This document shows, one piece after another, positions 1-21,158 of a stretch of DNA of 64,000 nt. The notes under the pieces are model-generated. The model searched no databases. It saw only the letters and a program-made list of their open reading frames with translations, and had not been told where the DNA came from. The position numbers were made by a program, and so were the translations under genes. The stretch covers positions 7,968,001 through 8,032,000 of the forward strand of contig CM000151.3 of assembly GCA_000004695.1 (NCBI GenBank), written 5' to 3'. The first letter of the stretch is position 1. Every line of letters begins with the position of its first letter. Source of the stretch: Dictyostelium discoideum. Its lineage: Eukaryota.

Positions 1-169
1 TTCATAGACAGATCTTTTAACAGATTCAACTGGGACAGCTTCAGTTTCACTTCTTGTTAAACGTTGTTTTGGTGAAAGAATAGTTTCATAGAGGTTCTTT
101 TTTAAACAATCTTGTTTGACCAAATCTTTAATTAATTTTGATGATGGAACGTATGACATTTTTTATTTT
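1..169 (-). CDS. 5' end of a protein-coding gene running off the window (N-terminal ~56 aa: MSYVPSSKLIKDLVKQDCLKKNLYETILSPKQRLTRSETEAVPVESVKRSVYE...); product unknown.
   Basis: ATG is the reverse complement of 'cat' at 167-169. The minus-strand frame stays open to position 1. GC is higher than the flanking A/T desert. It is not in the ORF track because it is shorter than the track cutoff and truncated. Confidence 0.4.
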
Positions 170-351
170 ATTTTTTTTTTTTTTTTTTTTTTTTATATTT
201 ATTTGTTTCAAAAACTTATTATTTGATTGAAAATTTATTGAAATGATTTTTTTTTTTTTTTTATTTTTATTCCACCCAAACTTTTTTAATAAAAAAATAA
301 AAAAAAAAAAAATAAAAAAATTTAAAAATCAAAAAAAAGAAAAAGGGTTAT

Positions 352-362
352 TTTGGCGCCAA
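352..362. promoter_or_regulatory. Second palindromic E2F-like site, TTTGGCGCCAA(T), about 185 bp upstream of the minus-strand gene start at 169.
   Basis: Sequence read directly (gggttattttggcgccaatgaaaaaa). It has the same core as the element at 46491. Confidence 0.35.
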
Positions 363-752
363 TGAAAAAATATCTTGAAAAAAAAATATTTCTTAGAAAT
401 TAAGGAAGTTGAAGTTTTTAGATTTTTTTTTTTTTTTGAATTTCGACTATAATAAATTTTTGTCAAATACATTGAAAATTTCTGTGTAAAGCTCAAGATA
501 TTTTCATTCCAGGCCTTGAAAAATAAATACATACCTTTTTTTTTCATTTTTTTATTTTTTGTATGACGACAACGCCTTGTTATTTGGGAAATTTTAAAAA
601 AAAAAAAAAAATGTGTGTGGATAAAAAATTTGATAATAAAAAACATAATTGAATTATGATTAAACCAAAATTAATTTTATAAATTACCGCTTGTGGCTTT
701 GTTTTATAAAATAATTTAATTAAATTCTTAATTAAAATAAACTTTTTGTTTT

Positions 753-784
<32 letters not shown>

Positions 785-980
785 CCAAAAAATTTGAAAA
801 ACAGATAATAAATAGGATAAATAATTAAGTCCTATAAATATATATATATATTTTTAATCAAAATTTTTTAATTGGATATGGATTTAGATTTGTAGTGATA
901 ATCATAAATTCATATCCATCTTTATTTTATTTATTTTAATTTTTTTTTTTTTTTTTTTTTTTAATAAAAAAAAAAACAAT

Positions 981-1053
981 GTGAGTGAGGAGAGGAGAGG
1001 AGAGGAGTGATAAAAAATGAGTGAGGGGAGGAAGGAGAGGAGTGATAAAAAAT
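981..1053. repeat. GA-rich (GAGA-like) direct repeat, 2 x ~36 bp (gagtgaggagaggagaggagaggagtgataaaaaat / gagtgaggggaggaaggagaggagtgataaaaaat), in the 3' flank of the homeobox gene. It is a polypyrimidine tract on the coding (minus) strand.
   Basis: Read directly. G+C is unusually high for non-coding DNA here. Confidence 0.7.
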
Positions 1054-1117
1054 TTTAAGTCTCTTATAAAATCTAATAATAAAAAAAGAACACTACTTCT
1101 TTCATTATTGAAATTTA

Positions 1118-2662
<1,545 letters not shown>

Positions 2663-2702
2663 ATTATTTACAATGTTATTACTAACAGCACCACCTGTAT
2701 TA

Positions 2703-2763
<61 letters not shown>

Positions 2764-2811
2764 TCTTTTCTACGATTCTGTCAGTGATGTTGTTATTGGG
2801 GTTGCAGCTGT

Positions 2812-3115
2812 GATTGGGTATGTGATTGTGTGTGGGGTTGTGTGTGTGGTTGTGATTGTGTGTGGGGTTGTGATTGTGTGTGTGGTTGTGATTGTGTGTG
2901 GGGTTGTGATTGTGTGTGTGGTTGTGATTGTGTGTGGGGTTGTGATTGTGTGTGGGGTTGTGATTGTGTGTGGGGTTGTGATTGTGTGTGGGGTTGTGCT
3001 TGTGTGTGGGGTTGTGATTGTGTGTGGGGTTGTAATTGTGTGTGGGGTTGTGATTGTGTGTGGGGTTGTGGTTGTGTGTGGGGTTGTGGTTGTGTTTGTG
3101 GTTGTGGTTGTAGTT
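2812..3115 (-). repeat. About 16 tandem copies of an 18-bp unit (ggggttgtgattgtgtgt). On the minus strand this reads CAC ACA ATC ACA ACC CCA and encodes HTITTP hexapeptide repeats. It is flanked by (ATT/AAT)n arrays (2700-2760 and 3240-3360).
   Basis: Direct reading of the periodicity. The track ORF 2770..3375 (-) translates to ...TPHTITTPHTITT.... Confidence 0.8.
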
Positions 3116-3136
3116 GTGGTTGTGTGTGTAATTATT

Positions 3137-3183
<47 letters not shown>

Positions 3184-3285
3184 AGTGGCTATTGTTGTTG
3201 TTGTTGCTGTTGTGGAGGTGGCTATAGTTAGTGTGATTTCTGTGGACATTATTATTACTATCAGTATTATCATTATTATTATTAC

Positions 3286-3372
<87 letters not shown>

Positions 3373-3771
3373 CATCTTATCATCATTATTAAATTCATAA
3401 CTATCATTATCATTGTTAATTATACTATTTATTTTATTTTTATTGAAAATCTTATTGTGATTTGCGAGGCTATTAGGAATAAAGTGGCCACTATTAAAAA
3501 ACTGACTATTATTATTGTTGTTATTGAAAAATTGGTTACGATCATTTGAAGATCTATTTATATCTGAGTAGTGTCTGTTATTGCTAAAGGGAAGATAAAT
3601 TTTATTGCTACATTGTAAATTATATTCTGGTATCTCGATACCATATATTGGTGATTCATTATTCTTATTTATAAAACTACGACTTGGTGTTAAAATATCA
3701 TTCTTATTTTCTTCGTTATTCTTTTTGTTGCTATTGTAATTATAATGTTCATTTATATTGTTTTCATTATA

Positions 3772-3882
<111 letters not shown>

Positions 3883-4164
3883 TTGATTATTATTATTTTG
3901 ATTATTATTATTTTGATTATTTTGATTATTTATATTATTATTATTATTATTATTTTGATTATTTATATTATTATTATTATTTTGATTATTTTGATTATTT
4001 ATATTATTATTTATATTATTATTTTTATTATTATTAAAACCTTTGAAATTTGTATCATTGTATTGACTATTGTTAAAATTATAATTTACACTATTTATAT
4101 TAAACCCATCACCATTAAAATAGTTGTGTTGGTAACTCTAAGTTTTTTTTTTTTTTTTTTGATA

Positions 4165-4211
<47 letters not shown>

Positions 4212-5500
4212 AAAGCATTAATACATACAAAGATAAAAATAAAAGAAAAAGAAAGGTTTTTATCAAGTAAAAAAAACAAAAATAAGTCAAGTCAAGTTAT
4301 TTTAAAAAGAATAAATTAAATGGATCATAAGGTACAGGTAATTTATGATCCATTTAATTAACCAAATTCCAAGTATTATATTTTGGAATTGAAAGAAAAA
4401 ATAAAATTTTTATTCCATACTTTTTTCTCCATGATGCATTTTAACTTTACCAATTTCCTGATTTTTCAAATCCAACCATGAGTTTTATTTTTTTTTTTTT
4501 TATTTTTTTTTTATTTATTTATTTATTTTTATTTATTATTTTTATTTATTGTTTATTATTTTTTTATTTTTTATTATTAATATTATTATTATTATTATTT
4601 TATTTATTTTTTTATTTTTTTATTATTGAATTTCTTTTTATTTCTGACACCAAAATCAATCCAAGAAATAAAAAGGTAAAAAATAAAAAGAAAAAGAAGA
4701 ACACCCACTACCAAGATGATTTATAAATATATATTATATAAAAGTATATAATAAAAATAATATATAAAAAAAAAAAAAAAGTGAAAAAAAAAAAAAAAAA
4801 TTAAAAAATTAAAAAACACAAAAACATTTTTTTTTTAATTTTTTTTATTTTTTTTTCAAATTTTTTTTTATTTTCAAATTTCTTTTTTTATTTTTTTTTT
4901 TTACAATGATATTTGCCGAGAAAAGGAAAATACATACCAGAACCGATAATCTTTAAAAAAAAAAAAAAAAACGGTCCAGCCAGAAAATTTTGGAAAAAAA
5001 TTAAAAAAAACAACGGTATTCATTTGTTTATTTTATTTGTTTTTTCCAATATTTTTTTAAAATTAATATTTCCTCATTTAGTTGGCCAGAAAACAAATAA
5101 CTAAAAATGAATAAGTAAAAAATAAAAAAAAAAAAAAAAAAAAAAATAAAAAAAAAAATTAAATTTTAATTTAATTAATGTGGTGGAAATTAATTACTAA
5201 TTTTAGGGATCCCTAAAATGTATGGGGGTTATCATAATTTAATTATTTCAATCGTAAATAAATTTTGGCCTTTATTTTTCCACATATTATAAAAAAGAAA
5301 AATAAAAAAAGGGATTAAAATAACAATAATAAAATATAATAATTAAAAAAAAAAAAAAATTTGTTGTTATCAAAGGCCAATATTATTTTTTGTTCTACTA
5401 ATTTATAAAAATTTTTTTTCCTTGTATATATATATTTTAATTATATTTTAATTTTTATTAATTTATTACAAATTAATTATCTCTTCCAAAAAAAATTGTT

Positions 5501-5503
5501 TGG

Positions 5504-5578
<75 letters not shown>
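5501..5578. repeat. Poly(A) homopolymer of about 78 nt in intergenic DNA. Similar A(50-64) tracts lie at 18251-18301, 32051-32108 and 39062-39125, and (AAT)n lies at 46356-46440.
   Basis: Read directly. This is typical of Dictyostelium intergenic DNA. Confidence 0.9.
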
Positions 5579-5582
<4 letters not shown>

Positions 5583-5593
5583 ATTACCCCCAT

Positions 5594-5677
<84 letters not shown>

Positions 5678-5824
5678 ATTAATTATAATTTTGGTTGGTC
5701 AAAAAATAATATTTATATTAATATTAAAAAATGATTCTCAATTTTTAAAATTAAATTAATTATATTTTTTTGTTGATCAAAAAATAAAATTTGGGTTTTT
5801 TTATTTTTTTATTTTTTTATTTTT

Positions 5825-5895
<71 letters not shown>

Positions 5896-5998
5896 GTTTA
5901 TAAAATTTTTTTTTTTTATTTTTTTTTTATTTTTTTTTTTAATTTATTTTAAAAAGGATAAAAAAAAAAAAAAAAAAAAATAATAAATTTATTTTAAT

Positions 5999-7912
<1,914 letters not shown>

Positions 7913-8008
7913 GTATATATATATAATATTAATATTTTATAATTCATATGTATATTAATTTAATCTTTTTTTTTTTTTTTTTTTTTATAATAATAATACT
8001 ACTATTAG

Positions 8009-8657
8009 TAATATTTATCAATCAAAATTCTTTAGTTTATTAAGAGAATTATTTACACAACAACATTTACCATCGATTAAACATTTTTGTACATTCCATT
8101 TAACAAGATTCATTTCTTTCTATATGTCAAATGATGATGAAGTAGAGAGTAGAGGTGTAGTTTTATTAATTTTAAATTACATTAGAATCTCTGCAACTCA
8201 ATTCCCTCAAAATCATTTCTTGGTAACATTTTTAAAATCAAATGATCAATGGAATAAACTTCAACAACTTTTAATCTCTGATACATTAAAACTTTATACT
8301 CCAAATGTAGTTGGTGATAATTCAATGGAATTAATTTGCTTTGGTTCTGAATGTATGTAAATTATTATTATTTTTTTTTTATTCTTCTCAAATACACATA
8401 TGCTGACTTTTTTTTTTTTTTAAATAATAGTTGCAAAATCAATTGGATTTGTTGATGAGGATGAAGTACAAGCAAAAGAATCAAAAAAATTAGTATTAGT
8501 TGATGAATTTCAAACTGGTGGTAACTCTTCAGAATTTGGAAACAATTCACCTGTTATTTCTGCTGAAGAGATAGCCCAAATTGAAAAGGAGTTACTTAAA
8601 GAAGAAGAATCAAATCAAAAGAAGAAAAAGAAAAATAATCAAAAGAAAAAGAAATAA
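8009..8657 (+). CDS. Either the 3' exons of the 5999 gene or a small separate gene (~150 aa). The exon runs to 8352 (phase-1 donor GTATGT at 8353). The intron is 8353..8430 and the last exon is 8431..8657 (...FAKSIGFVDEDEVQAKESKK...EEIAQIEKELLKEEESNQKKKK*). A real ATG is at 8124.
   Basis: Track ORF 8124..8360. The frame is open upstream to the poly(T) at 7962-7986. A clean GTATGT...AG intron joins a lysine-rich C-terminal exon. The candidate acceptors at 8008 and 8035 are both phase 2, whereas the canonical GTAAGT donor at 7910 is phase 0, so the junction with the upstream gene is unresolved. Confidence 0.45.
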
Positions 8658-8868
8658 CTAATTCATATTTGATTTTAAAAATAAATATATATAATATAAA
8701 TATATTTATTACATATATACACAAAAAAAAAAAAAAAAAAAATATATATGTCATATATATATAATATAAATTAATAAATATATATACGTAATTTTAAATT
8801 TGGAAAAAAAAAAAAAAAAAAATAAATAAATAAAAAACAATTTATAGAGAGAAACAAAAAATAATTAA

Positions 8869-16040
<7,172 letters not shown>

Positions 16041-16618
16041 TAAATTTATTGGAAAAAAACTAAATAAGAATTAAGGATGGAACATCTCTGTACAGAGATA
16101 GAAAAATGAATTGGTGGCACTTGATTGTGGAAATTAATATAGCTAAATTTCATCTCATTTTTCATCAACATCCAAATAAATAAAAATTAAAAATAATTAA
16201 AAAAAAAAAAAAAAAAAAAATAATAACTCCAAACAATATTATTATTCATTATTATTATTATTATTATCACACTTGTATTTAATCTCTGAAAAATAAATAT
16301 GAAAATAAAAAAGAATTAAAAAATTAAAAATAGATGGGCGAATTTCCAATACTTCGTTGGGGTATAACTCCCAAAAATAAAAAAAAATTTATTTAATTTT
16401 CAGATAATTATAAATAATTAATTTTTTGTTTTTTTTTTTTTGCTTTTTTTGTTTTTTTTTTTTTTTTTTTTTTTTTTTTGTAGATTGACAAATTAGGATA
16501 ATAATAAAAAAAGAAAAAAAAAAATTTTAAAAATAGGTATTTAAAGAATTAATTTTTTTTTTTTTTTTTTTTTCCAATTAACCAATTAAAAAAAGATATT
16601 TTGGATTGTTTCTCTTAT

Positions 16619-16660
<42 letters not shown>

Positions 16661-16730
16661 AAACCAATACCAAAAAAAAAAAAAATAAAAATAAAAAAAA
16701 AAAATAAATAAAAAAAAAAAAATAAAAAAA

Positions 16731-17785
16731 ATGAAAAATTTTTTTTATTTTGTCTTTTTAATACCAGCAATACTATTACTATTTTCATTTCACAAAATGG
16801 AAGGATCACAAAATTTTGAAGCTGAAAATGTTAGAGCTACATTAGTTTATCCTCAACATGCTGTTTTGGGTGAAGGAAGTATTTGGTCAGATACTGATCA
16901 AGTCCTATATTGGATTGATATCGAAGGAAAGAAATTATTCATGTAAGTGTTATTAAATTTCTGAAAAAAAAAAAAAAAAAAAAGAAAATTAAATAAATAA
17001 TAATAATAGTTTCTAACTTTTTTTTTTCAAAAAGTTATAACCCAAAAACTAATTGTAATCAAGAATTTGGATTAAGTGATTTACCAGGTACAGTTGTACA
17101 AAGAACTAATGGTGAATTATTAATTGCAATTAGAAATGGTATTACATCATTTAATCCACATACAAAGGAATTTAAAGTTATGGCACATCCAAATACAGTT
17201 GCCAATAATAGATATAATGATGGTAAATGTGATTCACAAGGTAGATTTTGGGTTAGTACAATGAGTTTGGAGCAAGACAATCCACCAAAAGCATCACTAT
17301 TTAAAATTGATAGAGATTTTCATTCAGAGAAGATCTTCGATGGTGTTAGAATTGGTAATGGGTTGGTATGGTCAATTGATCAAAAAAAGTTTTACTATAT
17401 TGATACACCAACTTTGAATATCGATGAAATGGATTACAACGCTGCCCAAGGCACTGTATCAAATCGTCGTCATTGTATATCTTTTGAAAACCGTAATTTC
17501 GGCTTCCCAGATGGTATGACCATTGATAGTGAAGGTAAACTCTGGATTGCTCATTGGGAGGGTGGTAGAGTTACAAGATGGTGTCCAATCACTAAAAAAC
17601 TTTTATTAACTGTAACTGTTCCAAATGTCTCAAGGGTCACTTCTTGTGCTTTTGGTGATTCTGATCTTCAATCTCTTTATATCACAACTGCAAGACGTGA
17701 TGGTGAACCTGATTCTGGTTCATTATTTAAATATAGATTTACAAATGGTATTAAAGGCAATGTTGCTTTTAAATTCCAAGGTTAA
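16731..17785 (+). CDS. SMP-30/gluconolactonase/LRE-like (regucalcin family) protein with an N-terminal signal peptide. Exon 1 is 16731..16942, the intron is 16943..17034 (GTAAGT...AG), and exon 2 is 17035..17785.
   Basis: Track ORFs 16731..16946 and 17180..17785. The hydrophobic N-terminus is MKNFFYFVFLIPAILLLFSF. The motifs 'GEGSIWSDTDQVLYWIDIEGKKLF' and 'DGKCDSQGRFWVSTMS', and the 'GFPDGMTIDSEGKLWIAHWEGGRVTRW' six-blade beta-propeller repeats, are typical of the SMP-30/SGL family. The exon join at phase 2 gives ...KKLFIYNPKTN. Confidence 0.85.
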
Positions 17786-17967
17786 AAATAAAAAAATAAA
17801 AAAAATAAAAAAATGAAAAAAATGGAAATATGTGTGTGTAAATATTTACTCGTGTGTTTAGTTTTTGTTTTTTTTTTTTATTTTTTTTTTTTTAATTTTT
17901 CATTTTTTTTTTTTTTATTTTTTTTTTATTTTTTTTTTTTTTATGATTTCTATCAAAATACAGAACA

Positions 17968-18251
17968 ATGAAACAATACCCAATAAAGATTTATCCAGAA
18001 AATACATTAACAATATTATTATTTAAAAATGTAACAAATACAAATGAAATTAAAGATGGTTTACAAAATGGGTTATGGGATTGGTCAGTTGCAAATTGTA
18101 AACCAATTTTTGATGATCAACAAATTTTAATTGCTGCAACTAAATCAATATCTGCATTTTCAGAATCAAAAAAACCAGAATCATTTAATGAAATAAAGAT
18201 ATAATTAATAGATTATCACCATCTGGAAATGTAAGAGTTTTTATTTTTTGG

Positions 18252-18306
<55 letters not shown>

Positions 18307-18733
18307 ATATTAATTCAAATAAATTAATGATTGATATGTTTATTTTTAAAAATATAAATATAAATAGTTTGCAGATTCTTTAACAAATTTTGGATTAAAT
18401 GGTGATGACAGTGAATTTTTTGTATTTTTAATGAACGCTACACAAGAAAAGATTGATCAAGTTAAAAATAATATTAAAGGTGAAGAGGTTGATATTAGTA
18501 ATGAATCAAAAAATATTTATTTTAATCCAGATTTCGCTAAAAAGGTAATACACTCTTTTTTTATTTCATTATATTTTTTTATTTTATTAATTATTTTTTT
18601 AATTATTATTCAGGTTTATAAAATTAGTGATATAGAATTACCAAATGAACTTTCAACATCAAATAATGAATTATATTTAGAAAAATTAAAAGGATTAATA
18701 ATAAATAATATGGCTGTTAAAGGTTTATTATAG
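17968..18733 (+). CDS. KEOPS/EKC complex subunit Cgi121 (TPRKB ortholog). Exons are approximately 17968..18230 (with an apparent frameshift near 18199-18204), 18368..18544 and 18614..18733.
   Basis: 'ENTLTILLFKNVTNTNEIKDGLQNGLWDWSVANCKPIFDDQQILIAATKSI' matches human TPRKB '[51 protein letters not shown]'. Downstream exons 'FADSLTNFGLNGDDSEFFVFLMNATQEKIDQV...' and 'VYKISDIELPNELSTSNNELYLEKL' match '[32 protein letters not shown]...' and 'KKIYKLSSQEESIGTLLDAI'. The donors are GTAAGA and GTAATA with AG acceptors, and the phases are consistent. The human sequence is quoted from memory. Confidence 0.8.
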
Positions 18734-18914
18734 TTTTGAAATAAAAAAAAAAAAAAAGTTTTGCACAGAGGCAAATTTTTTTTTTTTTTTTTTTTTTTTG
18801 GATATTAAAATATTATTTACTTATCATTCATTACTTTATTTATACAAAAGAAAATTATTTATAACGAATAAAAAATTAAATAATAATTTTATTGTTTCAA
18901 ATTATATTTTTTAT

Positions 18915-19640
18915 TATTTATTTTAACATGTTCATAGGATATTATTAAAGAGGAATATGTTGACATAAATTTTAAAAAATTTTTTTTTTTTTTTTCCTTT
19001 TCTTTTCGTTTGATTTTTGGAAAGTTTTAATTTTTTTTTTTTTTTTTTTGTTATGAAAATCTGATTTTTAATTTTTGATGATTTATGATTCACTTGAATT
19101 TTTTTATTTTATTATTATTTTATTTAAATTTAACATTCTCTTAGGATATTACTAAAGAGGAATATGTTGGTATAAATTTTAAAATTTTTTTTTTTTTTTT
19201 CCTTTTCTTTTCGTTTGATTTTTGGAAAGTTTTAATTTTTTTTTAATTTTTTTTTTTTTTAAGTAAATAAAATTAAAAAAAAAAAAATTTGAAAATTAAA
19301 ACAATAGTCAGAAAATAAAAATTTGACCCAGATATTTTCTTAAATTATTTTTTTTTGAACCATGACTTTTAAATTTTTGTCAAAAGCCATGATTCAAAAA
19401 AAAAAAAAGGCGACAAACCAACTCAAAACCACCTTAATCCTTAAATTTTTTTAAATAAAATTTTTTTTATTATTTTTGATAGGAAATCTGTATCAGATGG
19501 TATGATTGGTGTTTGGGAATAATGATGTTGAATGGTCCAGAGTTTAAAAGAGGAATGTGTTGAAATAGATTTTAAAAAATTTTTTTTTTTTTTTTTCTTT
19601 TAATTTCATTGGATTTTTAAATAGTTTTTTTAACTTTTTT
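18915..19640. repeat. Intergenic repeat cluster. Two ~115-120 bp direct copies (about 90% identical), roughly 18915-19050 and 19128-19240, each end in T15-18. A degenerate third copy lies at about 19545-19640 (agaggaatgtgttgaaatagattttaaaaaa(T)n).
   Basis: Direct comparison: 'ttcataggatattattaaagaggaatatgttgacataaattttaaaaaa(t)15ccttttcttttcgtttgatttttggaaagttttaa(t)n' versus 'tctcttaggatattactaaagaggaatatgttggtataaattttaaaa(t)15ccttttcttttcgtttgatttttggaaagttttaa(t)n'. Confidence 0.75.
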
Positions 19641-20275
19641 TTTAGGGTTGTGATTGATGGTTTCTTAATTTTTTATTTATTTTTTTTAAATTTTAATATT
19701 CAATGTTTATTTTGAACAGTTTATGATTCAATTGAATTTTAAATTTTTTTTTTTTTTTTAATTATTTTTTTTTTTTTTTTTTTTTTTTTTGAACCTTAAC
19801 TTTTAAATTTTTGTCAGGGACGTGGTTCAAAAAAAAAAAAAAAAAAAATTACATATTTAATTTTAAATTGGGTATCTTCTCGCATTTTTCCAACCAGAAA
19901 ACCTGTTGTAATTTTAAGGATCACAAAAAAAGTAAGATTCTTTTTAAAAATTTTAATCAATTCACCAAAATCTTAAGTGAAAAAAAAGAAAAATAAATTT
20001 ATTTTAATTGAAATTTAAATGGGTCATTTAATTATAATAAAAATCAATTCCAAAATAAAATTTAAAATTAATTAAATTTATTTAATTTGAAAATTTTAAT
20101 TTCAATATAAAAATAAATTTTTTTTTTCAATTTATTTAAAAAAAAAAACAAACAATTAAATCATTTAAATTAGTAAATCAATAAACAAATAAATGTAGGT
20201 GTTAAATTATATTTTTTTTTTTTAAAAAAAAGTTTTATTCTAATATTTTTTTTATTTTTTAATAAACATTAAAAG

Positions 20276-20674
20276 ATGTCAGAACAATCAGAACAAGCAG
20301 AACAAGCAGAATCACCAATACATACTGTTTATTTAATCAATCCAACTAATAGTGTTGAAAATGACACATTTAGAATTTCCTTTTTTGATGGTGTATTATA
20401 TTGGGCCCATTCAACAAATTTTATTGGTTTCCATGGAGGTTATCAAACAGTAAGTACTACTGGCATTAATTACCGTTTCCATGGCAATGATGATCACTAC
20501 CAGGTTGAGTATATTTGTAAGAATACTCCTTCAAGTGTTTTTAAATATCTCAGAGAAGAAATCCAATCCTTAGATGGATTCCACCAACATGTTCTTCCAA
20601 CTGGCACCGGTACTATCATTTTGAAATCTGAAATCAGCGCATTGCGTTTAAGAGTTGTTGCCCGAAATATTTAA
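20276..20674 (+). CDS. Small hypothetical protein (132 aa, MSEQSEQAEQAESPIHTVYLINPTNSVENDTFRISFFDGVLYWAHSTNFIGFHGGYQTVSTTGINYRFHGNDDHYQVEYICKNTPSSVFKYLREEIQSLDGFHQHVLPTGTGTIILKSEISALRLRVVARNI).
   Basis: A single non-repetitive ORF with a real ATG (aaaagATGtca), amino-acid composition and codon usage like the neighbouring genes, and sitting in a GC-elevated island. I recognise no family. A GTAAGT inside (20449-20454) is in frame, so an internal intron cannot be excluded. Confidence 0.5.
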   Translation: MSEQSEQAEQAESPIHTVYLINPTNSVENDTFRISFFDGVLYWAHSTNFIGFHGGYQTVSTTGINYRFHGNDDHYQVEYICKNTPSSVFKYLREEIQSLDGFHQHVLPTGTGTIILKSEISALRLRVVARNI

Positions 20675-21158
20675 AAAAATAAAAAAAAATGGTTTAATTT
20701 TTCCAAAAATATTAATTTCTTAAAAATTTAAAAAAACTGGAAAATATTTCCTTTTTAAAATATAATTTTTGTTGAATTTTATTTTTTCTTTTTTTTGATA
20801 ACTTTTGAATATAAAAAAAAAAATGGCGAATTTGTTGTTCTGTTTAAAAAAAAAAAATTAAAAAAAAAAATAAAAAAAAAATAAATTTTGTTGATTTTTT
20901 TTTTTTTTTTTTTGAAAAGAAAAAAAAAAAAAAAAAAAAAAAAAAAACATAATTTGGTTTGTCGGTCGCATATGTGCTGTTGAATTAAATAAAGCGCACA
21001 TCACCTATCAATACGCACATATTAATTATATAATCATTTTATTTCATTCTATTTATTTATTTATTTCAATTTTTTATTTTTTTTTTTAACATAAATTTTA
21101 TAATAATAACAATAATAAAACGAAGCCATTATTAATGTTTTAATTAGTACACTAAAAG

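Noticed and set aside
2812-3115. CRISPR-like regular repeat array.
   Set aside because: The 18-bp units are contiguous with no unique spacers. They sit in a coding-orientation repeat (HTITTP)n between (AAT)n tracts of a homeobox gene. This is a minisatellite, not a CRISPR.
4478-5682. Small ORFs in A/T deserts (4478..4726, 4913..5104, 5500..5682; likewise 16618-, 35044-, 35127-, 39026+, 39032-, 40088+, 45596+, 45825-, 46297+, 46902-, 47089+, 59438-).
   Set aside because: Poly-K, poly-F or poly-I translations of homopolymer tracts. Many 'start' codons in the track are TTG or GTG, and there is no coding-type composition.
18915-19850. Calling the intergenic repeat cluster a known Dictyostelium transposon (TRE5-A, DIRS-1, Skipper, Tdd, thug).
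   Set aside because: The units are only about 120-190 bp, lack any ORF, LTR or terminal structure that I can recognise from memory, and I cannot run a genome search. They are reported as unclassified repeats instead.
20276-20674. An internal intron in the small hypothetical gene at the in-frame GTAAGT (20449-20454).
   Set aside because: The ORF is continuous and there is no downstream AG giving a better-supported product. It is kept as single-exon with a caveat.
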